Assembly: GCA_051294905.1 (NCBI GenBank) | Contig: CM119372.1 | Span: forward strand, 7,876,001 to 7,940,000 | DNA length: 64,000 bases | Direction of reading: 5' to 3' | Origin: Botryllus schlosseri | Taxonomy: Eukaryota | Part shown: positions 24,201 to 37,399 of the stretch, piece by piece | Position numbering within the stretch: the first letter of the stretch is position 1 | Layout of the letters: each line of letters starts with the position of its first letter | The notes under the pieces: generated by a model | What the model saw: the letters and a program-made list of their open reading frames with translations, nothing else | Databases searched by the model: none | What the model was told of the DNA's origin: nothing | Program-made: the position numbers and the translations under genes

Positions 24201-27200
24201 AAGTACTTCTTCCATAAGCCACCTAAAACTACTTGAAGTAGAAGTAGAATTGACTGACTTTAAATCTACTCAATTAAGTAAGTAGTTTTAAAAACAGTCT
24301 TAATTCGTTCGCCTGGACTGTCAAAAGCTTCAAATTGAGCTATGCAGAAGGTGCAGAGAGCTTGATTCGTACTGATGCATCCCAGGAAGTATCAATTTTC
24401 GACAGAATAAGCATTCTTTCGCATCATGGGATGCAAATTATAGTATTGATATGAAAATGCGATACTAACCCTTTGTTTACTAGAAGACCCCGTTTTAGAG
24501 AATATCTTGGCATGGTGCCCTACCCTACGGTATAAGGCCCCAAGTTTAGGCGAAGAGCAATACGGATAAGTTGTATCGGATACGGTTTCAAAACTTTGCG
24601 CGATTAGTATACGTTAATAACAAATATTGGGGATCGTAAAGGTCATATTTAATGTAGCTTTATTTTCGGAAGATAGAGGCTACTACACTTGTTTTTATGC
24701 TTCAACATGTATGTTCTGCAGACAAAAGAACTGAAAGTAATTATAGAACTCAAATTATGATACTCGGAATTGAAAGTGAAATACAGATACCACTTCTAAA
24801 AAGCGGAAAATATATTTCATGTCTTTGTCCAGAAAGCTTCAAAGGGGATCTGCTAAAACAGGTGTAACGTTAGAAAAGCCGGATTTTCCAGATTAGCATA
24901 ACACGTCATGGGCTGCTAGATTACGAAATGATGGGTAATTGCTAGATTGCGGAACAGTAGTTTAAACGTTATGGTGGGCCATATTTACTGTGATGAAATA
25001 CTTTCGTGAAAACATATTTGTTACTCCATAACTACAGTGCGCGAAGCGCAACAAAATTTCTTGGCTTTTCTTGACTTTTATGAATATTAAATGTTGGTAC
25101 TCCGTGAAAACAGCCCTGAAATTCCTCAGGCTATCTTTTGTATTGGGGGATTAAACTACTTCTACTTGACTAACTGAAAATAGCGAAAAGTAAGTAAGTG
25201 GATGATAAAATATTACGAAGTAGAAATAGAGAAAATCAGATCTACTTGAGTAAGTACCAGAAGTAGAGGAAAACTACTTGAGTACTTCCAAAAAGTAGAA
25301 GTGCTTCGTTACTGACCACATCTGGGCAGTATTCGCAAAGCAATCATGTTCGAGAAAACGGTCACTGATGAATGAGCACTGAGCACTCAAGTGTTAATAA
25401 CTTTGTCTTTTAGATCGCTATAAGATGGATCTTGAAGTCCGCAGTCCTCCAAAAATGAGGCGATCCAAACTGATCTCAAATTGTGCGATCTTGAGCTTGT
25501 CTTGATTGCTGGCCTATAGGTCTACAAAATTCGCGACTTTGCTTCATTAATGGATCTTTTTACATGTATGGTTCTGTTGCAATTTTTCTGCCGCAAGTAT
25601 GAACTTAACTCTGCATGCGCATCACATCTAAATCCAGGCACTTGTCGAGACGATGAACGGTACTTTCTTTGCGGTCTCTTAACTACGAATTTGCGTCAGA
25701 TCCTTGCATGTAAAAAGGCCCTCGTTCCAGAGAACATCGAAAATTATTGCTTGTATTAACCATCAAGACAGGTATGGATAGTAGGGTAATTTTGGAAGAT
25801 CTTTTTTAAACCAGTGATTCAGCATGTTTCATGGCTAGAGCAATTTTTTGGAAATAAATACAAAGTCTCACCTAAAAGTTTGTTTTCGAGCAACTAACTC
25901 GAAATGCGAAAACGAGGACATTTGAGCATTTTTGAGCTCTATTCACTTTTCTTGAAAAAAGAGAGGAAATCCTCCTGAATAGGACTTATGGTAGGCCCAA
26001 GTATTAAACTGAACTGAAATGATCTACAATGATATATATCTGAGATAATACCATACCTGGTAGGATTAAGGTTCCTATATCGATCTCCCTGTCCCTCTGT
26101 GTTCTTTTCAAGTTAATGTTGATCACTTGAACAATAACAACTCCGCTATCTCGTGTCGTTTTCAATGGCCATGCACAGGCTTCTTGAGGTGGAATTGTTC
26201 CCCTCACACTTATCACCGTTTCCTGTGCATAAATAATCACGGTAATCTATTTGTATTGAATGTATCAATGACCGTAAAATATCTCTACAGTCTAGGATCT
26301 AATCATACCAATAGCGCGATGGAAGGTGGGAGAAGAACACTTTGAATTAAATATGAGGCATTTTTGTCTACGATGAACGTTTGCATAGCCCGTTATACTT
26401 CTGAATTGCGACTCCGCTATACCGCTCTCACGATTCCTTTGAATCGACGACAATGTGAATATCATGATTCATTTCTTCAATATATTGATCACCAATTATC
26501 ACGTTGTTTCTTGGTTCTGACGAAAATCTATGATTATCTGCTGGGAACAGGTGTTATATATACCGCGAATTCATTGCTCTCATCAGCTTCGTAAGGCGAG
26601 CTTTCGTACGTCATCGAGACTGCCCCTCTAAGAATTCGATCGGTACTCTGCATCAGAATAAGCAATAGAATCGCTTACCGAATGCTCCTGGTAAGTGTAT
26701 TTTTTGCATAAATCTCCCAAACTGGTCGTCATGAAAGCCCCTTTAAAAGAAACATTATATTGTAACGAGTTAAATCCGCGGAACAACATACGCTCTAATA
26801 TGCATCAAGCCTTCGCGGCACCCCAAATTTTGACTGTGTCGTAAAAACGAAAATCTACCATACTATACACATCTATTAGATTTCTATATATTACTGGTGC
26901 CAGGACCATAACTGCCGCACCCAAGCCTCCCAATTTGGGGGCGGGGCGAGCTCCAAGGCGGCCCAAAATTATTTCGGAATGAGCATAAATTAGAGAGTAT
27001 TGTTTTGAAAATTTGTGAACTTTTTGCAATTTTTTTTCGCACTACGCGCGATTTCGTGTTGATGGATTTGTGCAAATAGACATTTTGGCGTCAACAATTA
27101 CCGCACCGCGCCGCACCAATACATATAAATATTAGGTCAACATGGGACGCCGAGAAGTGTGCGAAACTATTCTACAGCGAGAAAACCTTGGTCGTAAAGG

Positions 27201-28843
27201 ACTGCCCTTATGTTGGCCGAAAACTTCGATATATATACATTTCCAATAGTCCATTGCCACCCAAATGGATGGGGCTGAATCTTGCTGTCCTGGCAAGCTG
27301 AACCCCACAGGCACAAATGCAATCCCGCAGAGAAAATTAGCAGAGAGGAAACAGGAATTTGGAATCGTGTGCGTCTTTTAGTTTAGTACGGGGGCGGGCA
27401 ACTTCTCCAGTCGGCGGGCCGGATATCGGAAAATTAAGTACTTGGCGGGCCGGATTGCTGAATCGATACATTATTCGCCCATTTATCCACACATACAAGG
27501 GATAAATCGTATTTAATGAATGTATTTTAACGACAGCAATGTCATTTCAAAGCCATTTCTCGCCGATAATGACGAAGACTATGTGGATTTGAGAACAGCG
27601 TTGTCATACAGGCGCCGCCATGTCTGCTTCTCTCTGATCAATTAACGCACGGTGCAATCCGTAATTAAGATTTCAAGGCGTTCGGTAAGCCCGGTACCCC
27701 AAATTTATCAAGATGTCAATTCTTTAGGGTTGAGTTTATCGTAAATGCCGATAATGAATTAAGTTTTCTCGCTTCGACAAACTTACGTGTATAAGCCCAC
27801 TCTCGCACGCTGCGCAGTGCGCACACACGCATATAAAAATATACTGTCACTAAAATTTGACGTAGTCAGCAAGTAGTGGGGAATCTCGGCAGAATGGGGC
27901 CGCGGGCCACATATCATGTAAGACGGGAAACTGTCCACGGCCGGTCAAAATCCCACCGTGGGCTGGATCCGGCCCGCGGGCCTTATGTTGCCCGCCCCTG
28001 GTTTAGTACATATGAGCGATTTCAATATTTTTCATAGAAGACACGAGGTCATGAAATAACACGAAAATAAGTAATTATGCCAAAGGGCCCACCTGAATAC
28101 GTTCAATTAATATTACGGACCTTACATTTTCCAAAACAACACCTTATGCTAATTTACTAAATATTTTTGCGCCTTCTTCGAGCTCGCCCCCTCCCCCAAT
28201 TGGAGGGTTTGGGGTGCGGCAGTTACGGTCATTATTAAATCATTTTGAAATTTCACAATTGATTTCAGTTTCAAAATATTGAAAATATTGTTGCCGTTGT
28301 TTCAAAATTAGCTATATTCTTCTGTGCCAAACATCACTATTCCTCACTAACTGAAACGGCTTTGGCGATGGCAACAGCATTCCATCGAGGGAGAATCAGC
28401 TGATATGAATGGCCATAATGCCTTGACGTTGACGTAAAATGGCCCAGCCAGGGTTGGCCAATTATTTTTCCCACAGGTCAAATGGAAAGAAGGAATACGT
28501 TTGCGGGCCGAGTCAAAAATTTTAAACTATATTCTGTGGCGTATTAGCTGTATTTCTAAATTGGAAGTACAGAATTACATTGTTAATACATGCTGTTCAG
28601 TGGGCGAATTTGAAAAGTAGCTCCCGACCCGTTTTCAATTGCCGAACCCACTTCATCTATACAATCTATCTACATCCTACATACTCAATCATATGAGTAA
28701 ACAGACAAATAGGCTACATCCGTTTCGTATCCCGCAGCGAGCAGTCGATTTTATCGGATTATAATGTGGCATAATGCATAACACCTTTGATACTCACCAG
28801 CAAATAGTAGTATATCGAAACACGGAAGTCGATAATAGTTCAT
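21262..28843 (-). CDS. Type I membrane receptor-like protein, copy B (288 aa), paralogue of copy A
   Basis: Exons 28843-28798, 26740-26679, 26222-26057, 23389-23165, 22844-22718, 21502-21262 (867 nt). Phases match copy A and there are no internal stops. Protein: MNYYRLPCFDILLFAGAFMTTSLG/DLCKKYTYQEHSETVISVRG...IVLIAVIVILAIVIAVILIMCLCK...HSYEEIPAGGIRCNNLSGVVQNSLFGD. Confidence 0.8.
22271..22547. mobile_element. Short hAT-type MITE
   Basis: TAGGGATGCATTTG...CAAATGGAACCCTA; imperfect TSD GCTCAACC/GTTCGACC. Absent in copy A. Confidence 0.65.
24122..25324. mobile_element. MITE with (AGTAGA)n arms
   Basis: TIR CAGAGGTGGTCA...TGACCACATCTG, flanked by a GGCAGT duplication. Related fragments lie in DHX9 introns (~41860-41925, ~44320-44400, ~50820-50900, ~51520-51550). 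Confidence 0.8.
27389..28000. mobile_element. hAT/Charlie-like MITE
   Basis: CGGGGGCGGGCAAC...GTTGCCCGCCCCTG; TSD GTTTAGTA. Partial sibling at ~33646-33830. Confidence 0.88.
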
Positions 28844-31800
28844 TGATGTGTAAGCCTATGCATGCATATATGTCGCGCCAGGAAATCGAGAAAATGAATG
28901 AAATGATTACCAGTTTACTACCATACGCAAAATAGCTAAGTGACATGATATGTCTTGTTCGGTCAGCTTACACAACACAGAGGCGAAATATAGAATTTAA
29001 TGATGCTAGTTTTCGCTGTGAAATGGTGGTGCGAAGGTGTGCGCAACTGCGCATGTTAATGTTACGTGGTTTATCTGTATATATGCACAAATATTGCATT
29101 CCTTGCGAGAAAAGGACTTTCCCAATTCAAGCACTTCGGTTCGGTTTATCAGCAATTTTATCAGTTCAATACAACACAATAATTGTGATACAATGAAAAG
29201 ATAGAAGTGTGTCGAAACGACTTGGCGTAGTATTTGAAATCGGACACCCAACTTGGCCTAGGCCAGTGGTTCCCAACCATTTTCGACTCATCGCCCCCTT
29301 ATCAAGCTCGACACAAGGTTTCGTCTCCCAATATTTACGGATTTGAAACAGAGGACATATATGTACGGGAAAATTTATTCAATTAACCCTGATCGATGGT
29401 GAATAGTCTAAAAACGGTCATTTTTCCGAGTCGGTGCTCGGAAAACCGGTTTCCGCGTCAACTTTCGCTTCATGCAGAATAAGCCGTCTTCACGTGCATT
29501 TTTGGTCGCGTTAGTTAAATACACCGTAATTTTTCATGCATATTGCGCAAAATTTTACCGATTTTTTTAATCCTAAAATCACACCTTTCTTCGTGTTTAT
29601 TGTCAATCGGGCATCGCAGTATGCGTCCTGCCCAGTAACTCGTATTTTGAGTGTTGGGCGCTTCCGATTAGCGAGAAACGTGTTGCCAATTAGCGAGATT
29701 CTGCGCAGCACGCGATCTCCTGCTGATTTGGTTTGTTATTTGTACACGAGCGATATTAGGTCATTTGATTGCTACACGCGCAATCCCTGCTAATTTGTTG
29801 ATTGCTGCACGCGCACGCAATTTACCGAGTCGACAGGCGGCCTGAACAATCGCGTCTACAATAGGACATGTATGTGTGCAAGATATAATCGCTGGCGTAA
29901 ACCAGGGGTATATGCAATTATTTTTCCCGCGGGCCAAATAAAAAGCAGAGAATACGTTGGCGGGCCGAGTCAAAAATTTTAATTATATTCTGTGGCGTTT
30001 TAATTTTATTTCCACATCGCAAGCAGTGAATTAAATTGTTAATATTGTCATCGCGGTGACGATCAATTAGCATTATTCGCCGCCATAAATTAACATTAGT
30101 TAACATATATATTATACACTCTTTCTAATCCCCAGGCACGTTCATCTATTAAGACTTTAAAATTTACTATAAAGCTCGTCTTGGTCTTGGGTTGGACGTT
30201 GCCTACAGAGCATAGTGTGCAGCTTGGTGAAATGAGTCCTATTGCTGCTGGACTGTTGGTGGAAACTAACAGTGCTTCCGAAATTTGCTCTCCCTTAGAT
30301 GAGTGTCAGTCTTCGTGTTTTTTGCCTTAATACCGACATAATTATACTCCACAGCGACCTGTTCGCCACTAAAGGAACGGGCCCACCAGTATACAAGTAT
30401 TTAGCGCTTCGAATAGTCTAGGAACTTCGGTCGTCGGCCCTCACCCTTCTCTCTTTTTTGACATGCCCACCGGTTCGTCATTTATGGGCATGGGTGATGA
30501 TGACTGGCAATCACGAGTCTTGTTTTACGAATTAGAGATTTGGAAACGTATCACATAACAATTTGAAGCAGTGCGCGTGTAAATGTGACACTTTTGCTAC
30601 ATGGGTACAGGCTTTTCCCAGAATCTACATGACATTTTCGGGGTGCGTATTATGCATGGAAAATTACGGTATCTACAGGAGGTGAGATCGATAAGTAGGA
30701 GGTACTATATGCCTCAAATTCTCATCGGTCATTGCATATATTAACTTCCGCATTACTGTTTGCTGGTCGATCTACCACTTGTACAGACAGTGTCTATTAA
30801 ACACGTATGTTTGGTTAGAATGTTAGATATAGTCTATTCTGCTCGTACACACATGCTTGGTGACATAACAATGTTTCATTTGTACAGATTGATAATAATA
30901 TTTCAATAACAACAGGTATCTCATCTGATTCTAGAATCTAGACTGACTGGATGCAGCTGCATCAAATCTAAGCGACTAGAGAATGATACGTATAAAGCTA
31001 TCAATACAAGTCTCACGGTATATTCCCATTATTCCGTCATTCCATTCTCCACTTTTGATCTAGCAGGGTATTTTCCGGCGATTTGTGTATGCGCTATTGT
31101 GATCACAGGCGTCGTCTGTGTTATAATTTGAGACTTGCAATTGTTATATTTTTCAACTAAATGTTACAAACACAGGCAATCATTCCCAGTTATTTACTAG
31201 AGTGGTCAAAGCATTTTATACACAAGTAGCTTCTATGATACAGAATTTTAGTTACTGGAAAGCACTGAGTGATGCACAAGGAAATTTCCGTTCTATCATC
31301 ATCATCATCATCATCACTGATTGAGTAAGGACTAAGGATATTATACTTCGTACAGTGGTTCTCGATTTTTGTGATCTCGCGGCACTGAAAAAAGAGTACG
31401 CGGCATGACTTTGAATGCACTGGCTCCAAGATTTTGCAAGCTTTATTGACTAAACAATGACCATCAACCTACGTCATATAATTGTTCAGACCCAGATTTT
31501 GATGGTGCCGCAGGTCATTATTCTCGGCCATGCCTCGTCGCATGTCATGATTTTCCTTAGTCACAGTAAAGGGAGTTGGCGTAGCAATCATATTTATGTC
31601 ATTGGGCTGGCATAGTAGTAAATTCACCGCAAATTCACCACCATCGACGTTGGAGGCACAGGCACAGGTACGATTTCTGGCAATAGGCCTAGCTCGTTCC
31701 GAAGTGTCGGAGATTTACCCGGGCTCCTGCTGCCCTACTTCTGCCCGTACAAAAAAGCCCAGTAGATGACGAATACATCTGAAAAAGGGAAAGAAAAAGG

Positions 31801-32040
31801 CGAATAAAATATAGTCGAAGAGATCAAGATCAAACACTACTGTTATTACTTAGGTGCTGCTGCCACGATTTCTTCACCGTTGCACTTGCTCGATCGAGTT
31901 TCTCGACGCGGCGTCGATCTTCTAGTCCAATTTCTCTAACTAGCATGTGTAAAATATATGAACCGGTACCAGGCAAGGGCGAAGCCAGACAAAAAAATGG
32001 AAAGGAGGGGGGCGGCAAGAAGTTTTATGAGGTAAAAGAC

Positions 32041-33547
32041 TAGGGTTTCCATATTTAGATTGAACAAATTCCGGACTCTCTTTAGCTCCGACTAGCGGAT
32101 TTCAAAATGAGGTATGATCCTATTGTCGATCAAGATGACGTCACACAAGCAAAGCTTTGTCTAGCGACTAGAGGTGGCCAATTGTCATGATCTGGTTCAG
32201 GAGTATGTGGTTGTATGTTGTAAGTTGTAACCAGGGCCGAAGCCACACTTTTTTTCATCCCCCTTACCGACAAAATAAACACCGATCTTGGGCCCACCGT
32301 CAGTTAATCGATGCAACTTCTGGGGGCTTACTAAATGTGTTTGGCTGTTAAATTATTTGAATGAATTATATCAATAATATTGGTTATTCCATATACTACA
32401 TGATCAGAGTTAGAGGTAGACCAGGTGGAGATGACTTCGAAAATGTAAGGAGCGTAATCGTACATCGCTAAGTCATGTTCAGTTCATGTCACACCGATAA
32501 GATTATTTATCAGCCTAATGCGCATTGCACCACCGAGTTATATAAACGCCACACATCCGGTGGTTTCTAACCTTTTAGGGTCGCGATTTCATTTCCAATT
32601 CGAAAATGTTCCGTGGTCCAGCTCAAAATTTGATGAGCTGATTGCTAATTAAAGGTTGGCATATTTGTCCAGACTTACTCATGGCCTATTTTGGAAGCTG
32701 ATTACGTTCAACATATTCACAAACGCCATGATAAAGGCAAACTACCCCAGGTTTAGAACCTCTATATTTGAATAAAGCATCCAAACGGCCTAACCTGACT
32801 TTATGAATATACCGTTATCTTTTAATTGCGATTACAATTAGACTTATTTTTGTAAATGAATGTTATTTTTATTTTCGATCGCAGCTTTTGCGAGGGTGTT
32901 ATAGTCCCCATATTATAGGCTTACCATATTTCGGAAATCTAAAAAGAGGACACTTTTTCAGAAATTTGCAACTTGCAAAACCGGAGTGGAATTCCCAAAA
33001 ACCGGTGAATTTTTCCCACTTTGCGATCGGTTGACTAAAAAAAAGGTCATCTTTTCCGCTCAGAGCTCAAAATACCGTTTTTCTCTCCACATTGCCAGGT
33101 GGATGACTAAAAAAAAAATACCCGCCGGAGCGTCACTTCTGTGCTAATTTGCGGCATATCACTCGCGATTTGTTCTAAATCTGACCTAAATTTTCAAAAA
33201 AGAGGACAAAATCTCAAAAAAGAGGACAAAAGGGCGTCCTCCGAGGACACTTTTAAAAAAGTCAAAAAAGAGGACAAATCCTTTTAAAAGAGGACGTATG
33301 GTAAGCCTACCATATTATAACCAACATACACGATTCTAAGTCGCGCGCAGCGCGGATAAAATTATCATGCAGCATAAATCTGCCCAGAAATAATATTGTT
33401 TATGCTTATTTGCAACAAAATTATGAGCTCACTTCAAGCCTTCAAAATTCCGGACATTTAGGCATATTTTAGAAATTCCTCCCGGACGCAGTTTGAACAG
33501 TGAAATTCCGGACATGTCCGGGAAATTCTGGGCGTATGGCAACCCTA
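32041..33547. mobile_element. hAT-type element (TAGGGTT termini) with a nested MITE
   Basis: TAGGGTTTCCATA...TATGGCAACCCTA; TSD TAAAAGAC; TCCGGAC subterminal motifs. Confidence 0.85.
32916..33309. mobile_element. hAT-type MITE with GAGGACA motifs
   Basis: TIR TAGGCTTACCATA; TSD CCATATTA. Inverted sibling at 61360-61729. Confidence 0.92.
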
Positions 33548-34269
33548 TAAAAGACCCCCCAATAAGATGAAAAATCGATGGTCTTGAGCCATTCTGGGGA
33601 TCATACACCCGCAGACATAATGTTGATTTCGTGGAATATCTATGTCAGAGGCGGGCAACTTCTCCGGTCGGCGGGCCTGATATTAGCTAAATGAAGTAGG
33701 CCTACTTTGCGAGCAGGATTACAGAATCGATACATTAATCGCGTGGTTTTCCACCCATGCAAGGAATAAAATCGCTTTAACCTTAAAGCATAGAGACCAA
33801 AACAGTATTGAATGAATTTATTAACCTAATGTAGGCGTACTTCAATAGCTGTTGAAGTTAATCAGACATCTGCGTTAGGGCTCTTCAAAAACGACTTTTT
33901 TTTCTCAAATCGTACTGGCTAATTGATAAAATTGTTAGGTTACCTAATTTAAGCCTACACACAAAATTTGGTTCAATTCCAGCCGGTAACCGCTTTGCTA
34001 CAGGAGAAGAGAGTTTCTATTTATTGTATAAAAATAAATAATAAAAAATTTGAAAATTTTCTGTTCACCCCATGAAAGTGTTAGGCTGTCTTCACCAAAT
34101 TTGGTTCAATTCCAACCAGTGGAAGCGGAGTTATTGCCATCGAAAAATGTGGATTTTAATAAAATAGTATTTACGGTGACCGATTCTTTGTTTATTTATT
34201 ATAGTTGTGCTCACCGTAAATACTATTTTATTCAAATCAAAATTTTTCGACAGCAATAACTCCACTTCC

Positions 34270-35299
34270 ACTGGCTCTTTTTCTCTTGAGCTACTCTCTC
34301 GTTTCGCCAGACAGCATTTTTGCGTCCCAATGCCAATCTCGATAACAATGAAAAATTCGAGGCTGATTGTGGGAGTTCCAGGGACACGAGCGGAATAAAA
34401 TTTATATTTTCGTAATCAGTGCAGAGTCAGCTTTCGATTGATACCCGTTTTACCAAATTTAATGCTCGGCAAGCCGGTCAACAATGACCGTCAAAATACC
34501 TGTAGCCAAATGGAAATTGTGACGTGATACAATTTCACTGAGGCGTGAGATTTGCTTTTGTCGACACCATATAGGACACATTGGGACGCAGCAATGGTCT
34601 CTGGCTCTTTTTCTGTCTCGTTTCGCCAGACAGCATTGTTACGTCCTGAGGTACTCTCTCGTTTCGCCAGACAGCATTGTTGCGTCCCAATGCCAATCTC
34701 CATAACAATGAAAAATTCGAGGCTGATTGTGGGAGTTCCAGGGCTACGAGCGGAATAAAATTTATATTTTCGTAATCAGTGAAGAGTCAGCTTTCGATTG
34801 ATACCCGTTTTACCAAATTTAATGCTCGGCAAGCCGGTCAACAATGACCGTCAAAATACCTGTAGCCAAATGGAAATTGTGACGTGATACAATTTCACTG
34901 AGGCGTGAGATTTGCTTTTGTCGACACCATATAGGACACATTGGGACGCAACAATGGTCTCTGGCTCTTTTTCTCTCTCGTTTCGCCAGACAGCATTGTT
35001 ACGTCCTGAGGTACTCTCTCGTTTCGCCAGACAGCATTGTTGCGTCCCAATGCCAATCTCCATAACAATGAAAAATTCGAGGCTGATTGTGGGAGTTCCA
35101 GGGCTACGAGCGGAATAAAATTTATATTTTCGTATTCAGTGGAGAGTCAGCTTTCGATTGATACCCGTTTTACCAAATTTAATGCTCGGCAAGCCGGTCA
35201 AAAATGACCGTCAAATTGCCTGTAGCCAAATTGAAATTGTGACGTAATACAATTTCACTGAGGCGTGAGATTTGCTTGTGTCGACACCATATAGGACAC
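34270..35299. repeat. 360-bp tandem repeat, ~2.9 nearly identical copies
   Basis: Lines 34321, 34681 and 35041 are almost identical. Confidence 0.95.
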
Positions 35300-35680
35300 T
35301 ATGGTTTCAGCTAACAGTTTTCCATGCCAACATTCTAATGATAGATGAAAATTTTATGCCTCGATGATTCCACCAGCAACATTGAAAAGCTGGTTTGTCA
35401 TCAAGTCAGGTGCTGCCACTGAGGGCTGAGCTATATTAACAGTTCAAACAAATGATATTTGGTGCAGCCGAGAGAGTCTAGCCTAGTTAGAGTATGTTGG
35501 AAATTACAGAAGCGATAAAGTGATGCGAAGATGTATTCTCTCGAGTCCTAACCATTATCAGTCAGTCATAGTTCGGCAATGTACATATGCAGCCTACTGT
35601 ACTTGTACAAGTGACATCGGTGACTCTGCTCTGCTCAGACTTTGCGAACTTTCGCGAGAAACTTATTTTTCATCGATTAC

Positions 35681-36775
35681 CAGAGAACCCGGACCTTATA
35701 GAACCCGGCCCTACAAACTCGGCCCTCGGAAAACCCGGCCCTCGACAAACTCGAAATTTTGTATATCGAGCACGCGTGGTCTACTTGTTGTGGTCTACTT
35801 GTTGTGGTATTCATGGTGTTTTTCGACTACTCTGGACCTCGGTGAATGCGGCCCTCGAACAATTTTGAATTAAAAATGCATTAAATGTGATATGATTCTC
35901 AGGTAGGGAACAATCACGTGCCGTGGTAGATCTCACAGTGCGAGAGCCTGATATCGAAGAATCTGCCACGCATGCTACCGGTTCACCATGATTGGTCGCC
36001 AGGGAACTCGGCACTTGGAGTTTGATGCCGCAGCTTTGCAGCATGTGGCCTAATATCCCACCCCGGCAACCCTAATATCCCACCCCCTGCAACCCTAATA
36101 TCCCACCCCCGGCAACCCTAATATCCCACCCCGGCAACCCTAATATCCCACCCCCTGCAACCCTAATATCCCACCCCGGCAACCCTAATATCCCACCGCG
36201 GCAACCCTAATATCCCACCTCCGGCAACCCTAATATCCCACCCCGGCAACCCTAATATCCCACCTCCGGCAACCCTAATGTCCCACTCCCCGAACCATAA
36301 TGTCTCCTTTCCCAACTACCCTACCCAACCCTAACACCCCACCTCAACCTACAGTTTCAATAACGAGCAGACCACGCGTGGTTGATATGTGAGCAATAAC
36401 AATCGTTGGGATATATTTTTCATCTGAACAATTCACACACAATGTACAATGCGATAAGACCCAATGCGATGTCATGAACAGATACGAGTATGTCGAACGT
36501 CGCACGTCCGCCCCTCGCCAAGTCAATTCAACACTGAGCCGACCACGCAAGCGTGATAACGTGATCTGATCACTCCGTGACTGCGTGAACTACGCATGCC
36601 CTGACCTTAAAAGATTGACAAATCAGTTGATAATAACATTATTAGTTTAATAATTCATATTAATACTTGTGAATACACTTAATTTCAAAATTTCCCGAAA
36701 GCGGAATTCACCGAGGGCCGGGTTCTCCGAGGGCCGAATTTGTAGGGCCGGGTTCTCCAAGGTCCGGGCTCTCCG
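35681..36775. mobile_element. Non-autonomous DNA element with ~65-bp TIRs and an internal minisatellite
   Basis: C(A/G)GAGA(A/G)CCCGGACC...CCGGCCCT arrays inverted at both ends; possible 2-bp AC duplication. Confidence 0.75.
36049..36290. repeat. 22-23 bp minisatellite (CCCTAATATCCCACCCCGGCAA)n, ~11 copies
   Basis: Directly visible tandem array; each unit contains the telomeric hexamer CCCTAA. Confidence 0.95.
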
Positions 36776-37399
36776 ACAACCTTTTCATCACTTTTGAATT
36801 GGGCTTTTGGAAATAGTGCATACAGCAGCAGGATCTCACTACCAGTAATTCGGAAAACCTTAATAAAATGTGAAGAATGTTCGGTTTACACAATTTTGAT
36901 AGGGTCAAAGTCTAAATCTCCAACACAGGACTGAGGAAACTTTGACCGCCCCCAAAATCATTCGGCACACGCCACACCATATTAAATCTGAAAGAAAAGT
37001 ACATTCACAATGATTCAAAAAGTGTGTGGTACATTTTCCAACATAATTTATTCACAAATTTATATCCTTATCAAATTTTCCTTGAAACATTCACTGATTG
37101 CAGAATATAACAGCTTTTACACACTCGCATTATGTGTCGGGTGTTGTGGCCAATATATTCATACGGGATAATTTTTCGGTAGGGTTTTCATTTATAAAAT
37201 TCACAGTGTTCACTGTTGTGGACTGCAATATCAATTAGTTATGGCATTGCTATTAGCATATGATTATGATATCTGTAATTAGTAATAAGCATTTGCGAAA
37301 ATTATCATTATTTGTGTTTGATCAGATTTTGAAGATACCGAACATCCCTTCATTATTAACCCTGACTGCTATTTTGATTAATTTGTATAACGGCTTGGC

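Noticed and set aside
36049..36290. True telomere or CRISPR array
   Set aside because: Internal position, 22-23 bp unit rather than pure TTAGGG, no unique spacers, eukaryotic context.
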